This document shows positions 48,839 through 61,079 of a stretch of 64,000 nucleotides of DNA, in pieces. The stretch lies in assembly GCA_963773275.1 (NCBI GenBank), contig CAVZAH010000009.1, positions 865 through 64,864 of the forward strand, given 5' to 3'. This DNA comes from an uncultured Acidimicrobiia bacterium. Lineage in GTDB: Bacteria > Actinomycetota > Acidimicrobiia > Acidimicrobiales > AC-14. Each line of letters opens with the position of its first letter. Position 1 is the first letter of the stretch. Both the position numbers and the translations under genes were made by a program. The notes under the pieces were generated by a model. The model saw only the letters and a program-made list of their open reading frames with translations, was not told the origin of the DNA and searched no databases.

Positions 48839-49593
48839 CCGGGACCGCGCTCGCCGACGCCCTGCTGCTCACCCGCCGGAACCTGCTGCACTACGTGCGG
48901 ATCCCGAGCCTCATCGTGTTCTCGACCGTCACCCCGGTGATGTTCGTGGTGCTCTTCGGCTACGTGTTCGGGGGCGCCATCACCATCCCCGGGCTGAGCT
49001 ACATCGACTTCCTGATGCCCGGCATCTTCGTCCAGACGGTGGCCTTCGGGGCCATGCAGACGGGGATCGGGCTGGCCGAGGACATGTCGAAGGGGATGGT
49101 CGACCGGCTGCGCTCGCTGCCCATGGCCCGCTCGGCGGTGCTCCTCGGGCGGACGGCGGCCGACACCATCCGGAACTTCCTGGTGGTCGGGCTCATGGCC
49201 GGCGTGGGGCTGCTCATCGGGTTCCGGTTCCACAACGGGCTGGTGCCGGCGGTGGCCGGCCTGGCCCTGGTCGTGCTCTTCGCCCACGCCTTCTCGTGGA
49301 TCTCGGCCACCATCGGGCTGTCGCTGGGCAGCGTCGAGTCGGCCCAGTCGTCGGGGTTGGTGTGGGTCTTCCCGCTCACCTTCGCCAGCTCCATCTTCGT
49401 CCCGGTCGAGACCATGCCCGGCTGGCTGGAGGCCTTCGCCCGGGTCAACCCCGTCACCCACGTGGTCGACGCCCTGCGGGCGCTCTTCCTGGGGGGACCG
49501 GCCGCCGGCCCCGTGTTCTGGTCGCTGGCGTGGATCGCCGGCATCCTGGCCGTGTTCGTCCCCCTCTCGGTCAACCGGTTCCGCCGGCTCTGA
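48835..49593 (+). CDS. ABC-2 type exporter permease (DrrB-like)
   Basis: GTG start overlapping ATPase stop (GTGA); six hydrophobic segments. Confidence 0.8.
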   Translation: MTGTALADALLLTRRNLLHYVRIPSLIVFSTVTPVMFVVLFGYVFGGAITIPGLSYIDFLMPGIFVQTVAFGAMQTGIGLAEDMSKGMVDRLRSLPMARSAVLLGRTAADTIRNFLVVGLMAGVGLLIGFRFHNGLVPAVAGLALVVLFAHAFSWISATIGLSLGSVESAQSSGLVWVFPLTFASSIFVPVETMPGWLEAFARVNPVTHVVDALRALFLGGPAAGPVFWSLAWIAGILAVFVPLSVNRFRRL

Positions 49594-49609
49594 CGCGAGA
49601 CTCTGGCCG

Positions 49610-50290
49610 ATGCGGTGGAGTCCCCCGAAGGTGGCCGGCATGTTGCTGCGGGGGGCCCTGCCCGGGCTGCGGCGGGTCCACGCCCAGGTGGCGGTCTACG
49701 CCAAGGCGTGGGACGAGGCCAACGCCCTGGCCCTGATCGCGTCCGGCCCGCTGTGGGTCGTCCTCGGGGACTCCACCGCCCAGGGGATCGGCGCCCCGAG
49801 CCCCGACGAAGGCTACGTGGGCCAGGTCCACCGGATGATCGAAGCCCGGACGGGCCAGGTGTGGCGGGTGCTCAACCTGTCGAAGTCGGGCGGGCGGGCG
49901 GTCGACGTGCTTTCGTCCCAGATCCCGGCGCTGGAGGCCCTCGACGTCGCGCCCGACCTGGTCACGTGCGCCATCGGCGCCAACGACGTCGTCCGACGGA
50001 CTCCGTTGGCGCAGGTGGAGCGGGAGTTGCGGGAGATCATCGCCCGCCTGCCCCCGGGCTCGGTCGTGGGCACCCTCCCCCACGGGATGCTGCGGGAGCG
50101 CACGGAGGCCCTCAACGGCGTCATCCGCTCGGCCGCGGCGCAGGCCGGCCTCGCCGTGGCAGACGTCCACTCGCACACCGGCCCCCCCTGGGAGGGCAAG
50201 TTCTCCGAGGACCGCTTCCACCCCGCCGCCCTCGGCTACGCCGACTGGGCCGCCGCCTTCATGGAGGCCCTCGTGAGCGATCGTTTCTGA
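49610..50290 (+). CDS. SGNH/GDSL-family hydrolase
   Basis: VVLGDSTAQG (block I Ser), GANDV, DRFHP (block V Asp-x-x-His). Confidence 0.6.
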   Translation: MRWSPPKVAGMLLRGALPGLRRVHAQVAVYAKAWDEANALALIASGPLWVVLGDSTAQGIGAPSPDEGYVGQVHRMIEARTGQVWRVLNLSKSGGRAVDVLSSQIPALEALDVAPDLVTCAIGANDVVRRTPLAQVERELREIIARLPPGSVVGTLPHGMLRERTEALNGVIRSAAAQAGLAVADVHSHTGPPWEGKFSEDRFHPAALGYADWAAAFMEALVSDRF

Positions 50291-50330
50291 TGAGTTTTGT
50301 ACCTCAGAGGTACAAAACTCATCAGAAACG
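50282..50330. terminator. 49-bp near-perfect palindrome (24-bp arms, 1-nt centre) between convergent genes; strong bidirectional hairpin
   Basis: CGTTTCTGATGAGTTTTGTACCTC A GAGGTACAAAACTCATCAGAAACG; arms are unusually AT-rich for this sequence and span both stop codons. Confidence 0.55.
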
Positions 50331-50332
50331 GC

Positions 50333-51200
50333 TCAGATGGATGCGATTGAGCGGAGGGGCATGCGGGGGCCGCGGCGGGGCGGGGCGCCGGCGGTGGAGC
50401 CGGCCAGGAGGAGGCGGATGACCCGGCCTCGCTGGCCGCGGTAGGGCTCGAGCAGCTCGAGCATGCGGGCGTCGTCGGCCCGGGGCTCGCCGGCCAGGAC
50501 CCACGCCACCTGGTTGGGCAGGTGGTAGTCGCCGACGCTGACCGCGTCGGGATCGCCGAGGGCCACCATCGCCACCTCGGCCGCGCTCCACGGGCCGACG
50601 CCGGGCAAAGCGGTGATCCGCCGGTAGGCGTCGGCGGGCGCCATCGACGCCGTCTCCTCCAGCCGGGCCGCGTAGGTGCACGCCACCCGGATCGCGTCCG
50701 TCCGTTTCCGTTCGACGTTGCAGCGGTGGAACACGTACGAGGGCGTCGCGGCCAAGGTTGCCGGCGAAGGGGGCACGCGCATCCCGGCCGCCCCGGCGGG
50801 CCCCGGCGCGGGGTCCCCGAGGATCCGCACCAGGCGGGCGTACGACCGCTTGGCGTCGATGCCGACGACCTTCTGCTCGAGGATGGTCGGCACGAGGGCC
50901 TCGACCACCGCCTGGGAGCGTCCCACGCGCAGCCCGGGCAGCCGCCGGCGGCAGTCGGCGACGATCGGGTCGAGGGCCATGGTGTCGAGGGGGTCGTCGC
51001 TGTCATGGGCTCCGACCAGGGCGGGGAAGGACTCGAGGGCCCACGCCGCCCCGTCTCCCCATGCCCGCATGGTGAGGTTGCCGCCGGGGGCCGACGTGAT
51101 GTGGGTGGTGACCGGCCCGTGGGGGGTGCGGGTGGCCCGCCAGACCCCGTCGGGGCCCATCCGCAGCGACGGGTCGGTGCCGCCCCGCCGCAGGGGGCCG
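50333..51200 (-). CDS. alkA: DNA-3-methyladenine glycosylase II (AlkA-like, HhH-GPD superfamily); start uncertain
   Basis: HhH-GPD region VVGIDAKRSYARLV...LPGVGPWSAAEVAMVALGDPDAVSVGDYHL; upstream part of listed ORF 50333-52714 is Arg-rich antisense of ALDH gene. Confidence 0.55.
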
Positions 51201-51255
51201 AGCGTGAGGCGGAGGCTGATCGGGCGGTCGGTGCGGATCGTGCGCTGGACCGGGT

Positions 51256-52671
<1,416 letters not shown>

Positions 52672-52887
52672 CTCGGCGATGGTACCGACCGCCTACGACA
52701 GTCCGGGAGCCCAAAGCGAGATTCGAGGCATCCGAAACCTGGTGGACGGGTGCAATTTCGCCGAGGCCGAGGGCGAGGACGATGGGCGCGACGCTCGGGA
52801 CACACTTCGGTGCGTCCGAATCGTGGTGACCACGCCTGGTTTCGCCGAGATCACAACGCCAGGGGTGCGCGGAATCGAAAGGCGCGG

Positions 52888-53765
<878 letters not shown>

Positions 53766-53766
<1 letters not shown>

Positions 53767-54305
53767 CAGTCGGTGCCGGTCATCTCCGTCAGGGTGGTGA
53801 CCGTCTTCCAGTTGCGGGTCGTCCCCACCCGGTCCAGCTTCTTCTCGAGGAAGGCGTTGTTCAGCTTCGTCCGGCCGTAGCCGTTCGGGCAGTGGAGGTG
53901 GACCTCGCGCCCGACCACCTCGAATCGGTCCGGCTCGAACTTCGCGGGATCCAGCGCGGCCACCCGGTCGGCGTCGGGCGCCTCGACCAGGAACGTGACG
54001 TGCAGCTCCGACGGATCGGCCGAGCCGGCGAACGGGCTGTCACCCATGATCTTGGCCAGCTGGGCCCTGGTGCGCACCAGGACCTTGATCTCGAGGCCGA
54101 GGTCGGACGAGATGCGGCCCTCGATGGCCGCCACCAGCTTCTCCGACGACCGCTCGGCGATCCGGAAGGCGACGTTGCCGCTCTGCACGTGCGTCCGCAC
54201 GTCGTCCGCCCCCAGCTCCTCGAACAGCTGGCGGAGGTCGGGCATGGAGATCTTGTTGCGGCTGCCCAGGTTGATGGCCCGGAGGAGGGCGGCGTAGGCG
54301 GGCAC
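53766..54305 (-). CDS. DUF1697-family protein
   Basis: MPAYAALLRAINLGSRNKISMPDLRQLFEELG...GRTKLNNAFLEKKLDRVGTTRNWKTV matches DUF1697 pattern. Confidence 0.7.
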
Positions 54306-54362
54306 GGTCAGCTCCTACCCCGCCCAGGTGTGACCCCGAACGAGACGGGTAGGCCCGTCCGC

Positions 54363-55028
54363 ATGGCTTCCACCGGTGTCATCTTCGATGTCGACGGCAC
54401 CCTCACCGACACGAACTATCTCCACGTCGTCGCCTGGGCCCGGGCCCTCCGGGATGCCGGCGAGGACGTGGCCATGGCGTCGATCCACCACCTGATCGGC
54501 ATGGGGAGCGACCTCCTGGTCGAGGAGCTGCTCGGCCACTCCAGCGAGGATGCGGCCGGCGGCCACGACGAGCACTTCCGGAAGCTGATGCCCGAGATGC
54601 GCGCCTTCCCCCGGTCCGGCGACCTGCTGGCCGAGGTCCACCGTCGGGGGGCGCTGGTGGCACTGGCCACGTCCGCCGGCGAGGAGCAGCTCGAAGCCAT
54701 GCTGGAGGCGATCGGCGCCCCCGAGGGCACCATCGACCACATCGTCAGTGCGGATGACGTCGACCACAGCAAGCCGGCGCCCGACCTGTTCCGGGCGGCC
54801 CTGGACGCCACCGGGCTCGAGCCGGCCGACGCCGTCGTGGTGGGCGACTCGGTCTGGGACGTGAAGGCGGCCGAGCCGCTGGGACTGAAGGTGGTGGGCG
54901 TCCTGACGGGCGGGATCAGCCGCTGCCACCTGGAGGAGGCGGGTGCCGTCGCCGTCTACGACGACGTGGCCGAGATCCTCCGGGACCTCGACCACACGCC
55001 GATCGGACGCCTCCTCCGCGCCCCGTGA
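54363..55028 (+). CDS. HAD-superfamily phosphatase (beta-phosphoglucomutase-like subfamily)
   Basis: Motif I VIFDVDGTLTDT, motif III K (SKPAPD), motif IV GDSVWDV. Confidence 0.7.
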   Translation: MASTGVIFDVDGTLTDTNYLHVVAWARALRDAGEDVAMASIHHLIGMGSDLLVEELLGHSSEDAAGGHDEHFRKLMPEMRAFPRSGDLLAEVHRRGALVALATSAGEEQLEAMLEAIGAPEGTIDHIVSADDVDHSKPAPDLFRAALDATGLEPADAVVVGDSVWDVKAAEPLGLKVVGVLTGGISRCHLEEAGAVAVYDDVAEILRDLDHTPIGRLLRAP

Positions 55029-55038
55029 GGGAGGCGGA

Positions 55039-55122
55039 CTACCTGCCGCGACCCCTCCGCCAGCCCCAGCCGGCCACGAGGAAAACCAGGAAGATGATCA
55101 GAAGCCAGACCAGGAATTCCAT
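55039..55122 (-). CDS. unlisted 27-aa hydrophobic small ORF MEFLVWLLIIFLVFLVAGWGWRRGRGR
   Basis: ATG 55122 to TAG 55039 read on minus strand; single TM helix plus basic tail; below ORF-track length cutoff. Confidence 0.3.
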   Translation of the reverse strand: MEFLVWLLIIFLVFLVAGWGWRRGRGR

Positions 55123-55378
55123 GTGGTCACGCGTCCCTTTCTTCGGTACTCGGAAATGGCGGGCGGACAGCTGTGATTCTCAACACTGCGCTCGGCGACC
55201 GATCCCCCGGCATCGAAAGGGGGCAGGTAGGGACGGATGCGCCATGCGTGCGGGACGTACCCAACAACAGTGCCTTTCACCTCGCCGTACGTTACCGGAT
55301 GGGGGCGCTGGGTCCCGAGGGCGGGTGTGGCCCGCAGGCGCGTCGCCCGGCCACGCAGCGGCCGTACAGTGGACCGTC

Positions 55379-56617
55379 GTGGCACGCGAGGTCCTCCACT
55401 GGAAGCACCTGTACTCCGAGGTCGTCACCTCGGGGTTGTGCACCGGCTGTGCCGGCTGCGTGGTCGCCTGCCCCCACGACGTCCTCGGCTACGACGACGG
55501 CGAGGGCGCCTACAAGCCCTTCCACCTCGAGGAGGAAGAGGGGCCGGGAGGGTGCGGCCACGGCGACCGGGGCTGCACCTCCTGCACCCGGGCGTGCCCC
55601 CGCTTCCGCGACTGGGAGCCCGAGATCGACACCGCCATCTTCGGCCGCACCCGGGCCAAGGAGGAGGTCTCAGGCATCTCCAAGGACATCATCCTGGCCC
55701 GGGCCGCCGACCCCAAGCTGGTCGAGATCGGCCAGGACGGCGGGCTGGTGTCGGCCATGCTCATCTGGGCCCTCGAGCACGACATCATCGACGCCGCCCT
55801 GGTCTCCTACCTGGAGGGCGACGGCACCTCGTGGAAGGCGATCCCGGGCGTCGCCCGCACCCGGGAGGAGGTGCTGGCCGCGGCGGGTAGCCGCTACACC
55901 TACTCGGCCAACACCATGGCCTACGAGGAGGCGGTGGCCGGCGGGGCCGAGAAGCTGGCCCTGGTGGGGATGAGCTGCCAGTCGTCGGTGCCGCCGGTGA
56001 TGACGGTTCGCAAGGCGGGCAAGCCGGCCCGCCGGTTCGTGCTCAACATCGGCCTGCTGTGCTCCAAGACGTTCGACGACGCCATCTTCGAGGAGCTGCT
56101 GGAGGCGAAGCACGGCCTGAAGCGCCAGGACATGGTGAAGATGAACATCAAGGGGGTCCTGCAGATATGGATGCGGGACGGCAGCTACCACGAGGTCCCC
56201 CTCAAGGAGTGCCACGCCTGGACCCGCGAAGGCTGCAAGATGTGCCCCGACTTCGCCGCCGAGCACGCCGACATCTCCACCGGCGGGATCGGGGCCTTCG
56301 GCGACTGGACGCTCACCATCGTCCGCACCGACCTCGGCCGCGACATCATCATGCGGATGCTGCAGGACGGCACCATCGAGGGCCGGCCGGGCGACGACGA
56401 CCCGGGCGCCATCGAGCTGCTCCGCCGGCTGTCGCACAACCAGCGCAAGCGCTGGCCGGAGGTGGCGGTCGACGCCCCCCGCCTCCGCCCGCCCGACCCG
56501 CCCAAGAAGAAGAAGTCCGCCCCCGCCCCCGACGCGAGTCCCGAGGACTCCGGCTCGCCCGGGCCTGGCACACCCGGGCCCGGGCCTGGGGCGGCCGCCG
56601 GGAGCCCGGCCCCGTGA
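55379..56617 (+). CDS. coenzyme F420 hydrogenase/dehydrogenase beta-subunit-like (FrhB/FdhB family) iron-sulfur flavoprotein
   Basis: N-terminal CTGCAGCVVACP ferredoxin-like Cys motif and further Cys cluster CGHGDRGCTSCTRACP; FrhB-like central region; Lys/Pro-rich tail; GTG start inferred. Confidence 0.7.
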   Translation: MAREVLHWKHLYSEVVTSGLCTGCAGCVVACPHDVLGYDDGEGAYKPFHLEEEEGPGGCGHGDRGCTSCTRACPRFRDWEPEIDTAIFGRTRAKEEVSGISKDIILARAADPKLVEIGQDGGLVSAMLIWALEHDIIDAALVSYLEGDGTSWKAIPGVARTREEVLAAAGSRYTYSANTMAYEEAVAGGAEKLALVGMSCQSSVPPVMTVRKAGKPARRFVLNIGLLCSKTFDDAIFEELLEAKHGLKRQDMVKMNIKGVLQIWMRDGSYHEVPLKECHAWTREGCKMCPDFAAEHADISTGGIGAFGDWTLTIVRTDLGRDIIMRMLQDGTIEGRPGDDDPGAIELLRRLSHNQRKRWPEVAVDAPRLRPPDPPKKKKSAPAPDASPEDSGSPGPGTPGPGPGAAAGSPAP

Positions 56618-57216
56618 ACGTCGACTTCGCCGTCACCTGGGACTACCGCTGCCCCTTCGCCCGCAACTTCTCGGAGCACGTGCTGGTGGCGCTGCAGAAG
56701 GAGCCGGGCTGGACGGTGCGGTGGATCCCGTTCTCGCTCAACCAGACGCGTGTCGAGGAGGGCGGCCTCGACGTGTGGGACGACCCCGGGATGGATGCCG
56801 CCCGGCTGGCCGTCGAGGTGGGGGTCGCGGTGCGCGACTCGTTCCCCGACGTCTTCCCCCAGCTCCACTCCGCACTCTTCGCAGCCCGCCACGACGACGC
56901 CCTCGACATCCGCCAGGCCGACGTCCTGCGACGCGTCCTGGCCGCCAACGGGCTCGACCCCGACGAGGTCTTCGCCATCGTGGCCACCGGCGAGCCGAAG
57001 GAGACCTTCCGCCGCCAGCACCTCCAGGCGGTGGCCGAGCACGAGGTCTTCGGCGTCCCGACGGTCATCACCGGCGACGACGCCTTCTTCGTCCGGGTGA
57101 TGAACCGCCCCGGGGGCGACGCCGACGGGGCCCGGTCCACGGTCGAGCGGGCACTGGCCCTCGCCGACACCTGGCCCGAGCTGAACGAGTTCAAGCACAC
57201 GACCATCCGCCGGTAG
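56614..57216 (+). CDS. DsbA-like thioredoxin-fold oxidoreductase (FrnE/2-hydroxychromene-2-carboxylate isomerase-like)
   Basis: WDYRCPFARNFSEHV (active-site CPF), GVPTVI; GTG start overlaps stop of FrhB-like gene (GTGA). Confidence 0.7.
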   Translation: MNVDFAVTWDYRCPFARNFSEHVLVALQKEPGWTVRWIPFSLNQTRVEEGGLDVWDDPGMDAARLAVEVGVAVRDSFPDVFPQLHSALFAARHDDALDIRQADVLRRVLAANGLDPDEVFAIVATGEPKETFRRQHLQAVAEHEVFGVPTVITGDDAFFVRVMNRPGGDADGARSTVERALALADTWPELNEFKHTTIRR

Positions 57217-57302
57217 CCGGCGGCGGTCCAGCGGGCGGCCATGTCGGTATATCCCACGCACCTGCACACCCGACCGGCGATGACACCGCCCGCACCACGG
57301 GA

Positions 57303-58104
57303 GTGAGCGTCACCGGCCCCCTCGGCGACCTCCTGGGGATCGCCCTCGGGGTGCTCACCGGCATGCTGTCGGGCGCCTTCGGGGTGGGCGGGGCGGTGAT
57401 CTCCACGCCCGGCGTGCGCCTGCTGGGGGCGTCGACGTTCGTGGCCGTCGGCACCACCCTGCCCTCCATCCTCCCGGGAGCGGTGGCGGGCACGATCCGC
57501 TACCACCGCGACCGGCTGGTCGACTGGCAGGTGGTGGCCGGCACCGCCCCCGTCGGGGTGGCCGGGGCAATCGCCGGCTCCCTTCTGTCGCACGTGGTGC
57601 CCGGGGAGGGGCATTGGCTGATGGTGCTCACCGCCGTCATCATCGGCATCACCGCCCTCCGCATGGTCCGCACGCCCGAGCCCGAGGACGACACCGGGAC
57701 GGACATCGCCAGCCGGCTCCCCTCGCCGCCGTTCGAGGGCGACGCTGGCCGGCGTGGGGGCGGGGGCGGGGCTGCTCTCCGGGCTGCTCGGCCTGGGTGG
57801 GGGCATGGTCCTCGTCCCCGCCTTCCACCAGCTCCTGGGCATCCGCATGAAGGCGACGGTGGCCACGTCGCTGGCCTGCGTCGGCATCCTGGCCGTCCCG
57901 AGCGCCGTCACCCACGCGTTCCTGGGCGACATCGACTGGCGCCTGGCGTTCCTCTTGGCCGTGGGCGTGGTGCCGGGCGCCCGGCTGGGGGCGACGCTGT
58001 CGCTGCGGGCGTCCGACCGCAGGCTGCGGCTGGCCGTCGCCGGCTTCCTGGGCCTGTTGTCCGCCGTCTACGGGGTCAGCGAGCTGGTGGCGGCGCTCCG
58101 TTAG
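57303..58104 (+). CDS. TauE/SafE-family sulfite exporter-like membrane protein, two halves in different frames (apparent frameshift ~57735-57755 in a G-run region)
   Basis: N-half [25 protein letters not shown] in frame of ORF 56721-58778; C-half [25 protein letters not shown] in ORF 57754-58104; join falls at GGCGTGGGGGCGGGGGCGGGG. Confidence 0.55.
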
Positions 58105-58766
58105 CTGTCGGCGATCGCCCGGGCCCGGGCGAACACGGCGTCGAAGGCAGGTTCGGTGAGGACACCGGTGAAGGTGTTCTGCTGGCTCGGGTGGTAGGAG
58201 CACAGCAGGATCCGGCCGTCGGGCAGGACGTGCTCGACGCCGTGGCCGAAGCGGGGCCGGGGGCGCAGCCCGTACAGCCGGCTCACCCCGTCGAGGGCGA
58301 ACTGGCCCAACACGACCACCACGCGCACCCGGTCGAGCACGGCCAGCTCCCGCCGGAGGTAGCCGAGGCACCGGTCGCGCTCCTCCGGGGTGGGCTTGTT
58401 GGCGGGCGGTGCGCAGCGCACGACGGCGGCCACGTACGCGCCGGTGAGCTCCAGGCCGTCGGCCGCGTCCACGCTCGTCGGCTGGTTGGCGAAGCCCGCC
58501 TTCCACAACGCCCGGAACACCCAGTCCCCGGAGCGGTCGCCGGTGAAGACGCGTCCCGTGCGGTTGCCGCCGTGGGCGGCGGGGGCCAGCCCGACGACCA
58601 GCACCGTCGCGTCCGGATCGCCGAAGCCGGGTACCGGCCGTCCCCAGTAGGTCTCGTCGCGGAACGAGGCCCGCTTCTCGTCCGCCACCTGCTCCCGCCA
58701 CGCCACCAGGCGGGGGCAGGCCCGGCATTGCACCACCTCGGCCGTCACCTGATCGAGCGAGTCCAC
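58101..58766 (-). CDS. uracil-DNA glycosylase, family 4 (4Fe-4S type)
   Basis: N-terminal CRACPRL Cys motif, [19 protein letters not shown] (GEAPG-like), HPS motif SYHPSQQN. Confidence 0.7.
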   Translation of the reverse strand: MDSLDQVTAEVVQCRACPRLVAWREQVADEKRASFRDETYWGRPVPGFGDPDATVLVVGLAPAAHGGNRTGRVFTGDRSGDWVFRALWKAGFANQPTSVDAADGLELTGAYVAAVVRCAPPANKPTPEERDRCLGYLRRELAVLDRVRVVVVLGQFALDGVSRLYGLRPRPRFGHGVEHVLPDGRILLCSYHPSQQNTFTGVLTEPAFDAVFARARAIADS

Positions 58767-58892
58767 GTCACACTCTGACCGTTGGCACACTTTGACCGTT
58801 GGCACACTCTGGCCGCAGACGCGAAAGGGAGCCGGGCCGGAGACCTCCGACCCGGCTCCCAGAAGGTCCGCCAATGGGAGTCCGGCGGACTA

Positions 58893-59043
58893 CTACTCCC
58901 CGCGGCCCTCAGGCTCGGAGCCGGCTGCGTTGAGGTCGCCGCCTTCGGTGCCGGGGTCGTTGGGAACGTCGGGGACGATGTCCCCGTCGTCCGGAGTCGC
59001 GCCCTCCACCTCGTCCTTGATCCCCTCGGTCATGTCGCTCATG
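58893..59043 (-). CDS. small acidic protein (~50 aa) with strong SD
   Basis: AAGGGAGGAACC immediately upstream of ATG 59043; MSDMTEGIKDEVEGATPDDGDIVPDVPNDPGTEGGDLNAAGSEPEGRGE; lies inside listed ORF 58893-59375. Confidence 0.35.
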
Positions 59044-59181
59044 GTTCCTCCCTTGGGCGAGCTCCCTATGAGCTCCAGCGCCTCCCTACCGCGCGGACGA
59101 CTTCGCCAACCTCGATTCCGCCAGCAGGGCGTCCGGAGGCGACCCGGGCGCTGATCCGGGCGCCCGCGGGGGCACGGTACG

Positions 59182-59838
59182 GTGGCCCCAGCCATGGCCC
59201 GCAAGAGCCCGCACCCGAGCGGCACCCTCGTCCTGCTGGTCCGCCACGGCGAGACCTCGACCACGGGCAAGGTCCTGCCCGGCCGGGCCAAGGGCCTGCA
59301 CCTCTCGGACGCGGGACGGGCCCAGGCGGAGGCCGTGGCCGAGCGGCTGGCCGCCCTCCCCAGGATCGACGCCATCTACGCCTCGCCCCTCGAGCGGACG
59401 CGCGAGACGGCCAAGCCCATCGGCGCCGCCCGCGGGCTGACGGTGCACGTCGACCGGGGCCTGCTGGAGGCCGACTTCGGCGAGTGGACCGGGATGGAGC
59501 TCAGCGCGTTGGCCAAGCGGCCGGAGTGGAAGACCGTGCAGAGCTACCCCAGCGGGTTCCGCTTCCCGGGGGGCGAGTCGTTCCCCGAGATGCAGCAGCG
59601 CATCGTCGGCGCCATCGAACGGCTGCGGGCGGCGCACGCTGGGGGGGCCATCGTCGTGGTGTCCCACGCCGACCCGATCAAGTCCGCCGTGGCCCACGCC
59701 CTCGGCACCCACCTCGACCTCTTCCAGCGCATCGTGATCTCGCCCTGCTCGGTGACCGCCATCTCCTACGGGGACTCCGGTCCCACCGTGCTCTCGGTGA
59801 ACTCCCTCGGCGACCTGGGGGCGGTCAAGGCGTCGTGA
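59182..59838 (+). CDS. histidine phosphatase family protein (phosphoglycerate mutase-like)
   Basis: LVLLVRHGET catalytic RHG motif, C-terminal VVVSHADPIKS His. Confidence 0.75.
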   Translation: MAPAMARKSPHPSGTLVLLVRHGETSTTGKVLPGRAKGLHLSDAGRAQAEAVAERLAALPRIDAIYASPLERTRETAKPIGAARGLTVHVDRGLLEADFGEWTGMELSALAKRPEWKTVQSYPSGFRFPGGESFPEMQQRIVGAIERLRAAHAGGAIVVVSHADPIKSAVAHALGTHLDLFQRIVISPCSVTAISYGDSGPTVLSVNSLGDLGAVKAS

Positions 59839-60371
59839 GCTCGTTCGAGCTCGAGAGCCTCGACCGGCTCACGGTCGGCACCGTGGGCCCGCCCGGGCGG
59901 CGGGTCTTCTACCTGCAGGCCACCTCCGGCACCCAGGTCGTCTCCCTCAAGCTGGAGAAGACCCAGGTGGCCGCCCTCGTCACCTATCTGGCCACCCTGC
60001 TGTCCGACCTCCCGTCGCCCGGCGCCCTTCCCACCGACATGGACCTGGTGGAGCCGGTGGTAGCCGAGTGGGTGGTCGGGGCCCTCGGCGTCTCCTACGA
60101 CGAGCACCGTGACCGCATCCTCGTCCAGGCCGAGGAGGTCCGGGAGCCGGAGGACGCCGGGGGCGCGTCGCCGGAGGGCGGATCACCGGAGGGCGACGAC
60201 GGCTCGTCCGCCCGCTTCATCGCCACCCGCGAGCAGGTGGCGGCCCTGGCCGCCCGCGGGGCGGCCGTGATCTCCGCCGGGCGCCCGCCGTGCCAGCTCT
60301 GCGGTCAACCCCTCGACCCCGAAGGACACGTGTGCGTGCGCCTGAACGGCCACCGGAGCCAGAGCCGCTAA
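59835..60371 (+). CDS. DUF3090-family protein
   Basis: Conserved actinobacterial pattern ...RVFYLQA...C-terminal CQLCGQPLDPEGHVCVRLNGH zinc-ribbon; GTG overlaps upstream stop. Confidence 0.7.
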   Translation: MSSFELESLDRLTVGTVGPPGRRVFYLQATSGTQVVSLKLEKTQVAALVTYLATLLSDLPSPGALPTDMDLVEPVVAEWVVGALGVSYDEHRDRILVQAEEVREPEDAGGASPEGGSPEGDDGSSARFIATREQVAALAARGAAVISAGRPPCQLCGQPLDPEGHVCVRLNGHRSQSR

Positions 60372-61063
60372 ACCTGCTCGGGACCGGCGCCATCGAGGTC
60401 AAGGGCCGCCTGCCGTGGAGCTCCAACGGCACCTTCCTGGTCGAGCTGTGCCTCGACGGCGACCCGGAGCGGGCCCACCTCGAACGCGCCGTCTACAAGC
60501 CGGGCGCGGGCGAACGGGCCCTCTGGGACTACCCCTCGGGGCTGTTCCGCCGGGAGCGGGCGGTGTACGTGGTGAGCGAGGCGCTGGGTTGGGGACTGGT
60601 GCCGGAGACGGTGCTCCGCGACGGTCCCCTCGGCGCGGGGTCGCTGCAACGCTTCGTCGACGCCGATTTCAAGGAGCACTACTTCACCCTGCTGGAGCGG
60701 CCCGAGCACCACGACGCGCTGAAGGCCATCGCCCTCCTCGACCTGTTGGTCAACAACGGCGACCGCAAGAGCGGCCACTGCCTCCTCGGCACCGACGGCC
60801 GGATCTGGGCCATCGACCACGGTCTTTGCCTGCACGACGAGCCCAAGCTGCGCACCGTGATCTGGGACTTCGTCGGACAGCCCCTCCCGCCCGAGCAGGT
60901 CGAGGACATCGGCCGCCTCGCCCTCGACCCGCCCGAGGAGCTGCACCACCTGCTCAGCCCGGACGAGCTCGACGCCCTGGTGGCCCGGGCCGCGGGCCTC
61001 GTGCGCCGGCCCTTCTTTCCCCCGGCCCGGTCGCAATGGTCCTACCCGTGGCCGTTGGTGTGA
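60332..61063 (+). CDS. SCO1664-family protein (commonly paired with DUF3090); start uncertain
   Basis: LLGTGAIEVKGRLPWSSNGTFLV...LLDLLVNNGDRKSGHCLLGTDGRIWAIDHGLC kinase-like fold signature of this family. Confidence 0.55.
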   Translation: MRAPERPPEPEPLNLLGTGAIEVKGRLPWSSNGTFLVELCLDGDPERAHLERAVYKPGAGERALWDYPSGLFRRERAVYVVSEALGWGLVPETVLRDGPLGAGSLQRFVDADFKEHYFTLLERPEHHDALKAIALLDLLVNNGDRKSGHCLLGTDGRIWAIDHGLCLHDEPKLRTVIWDFVGQPLPPEQVEDIGRLALDPPEELHHLLSPDELDALVARAAGLVRRPFFPPARSQWSYPWPLV

Positions 61064-61079
61064 CCCCGTTGGTGACGTC

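Noticed and set aside
56721-58778. 685-aa ORF 56721-58778 read as a single protein
   Set aside because: Only its 57303-57740 segment is credible (the TauE N-half). Upstream it overlaps the DsbA-like gene. Downstream it is antisense to the UDG gene.
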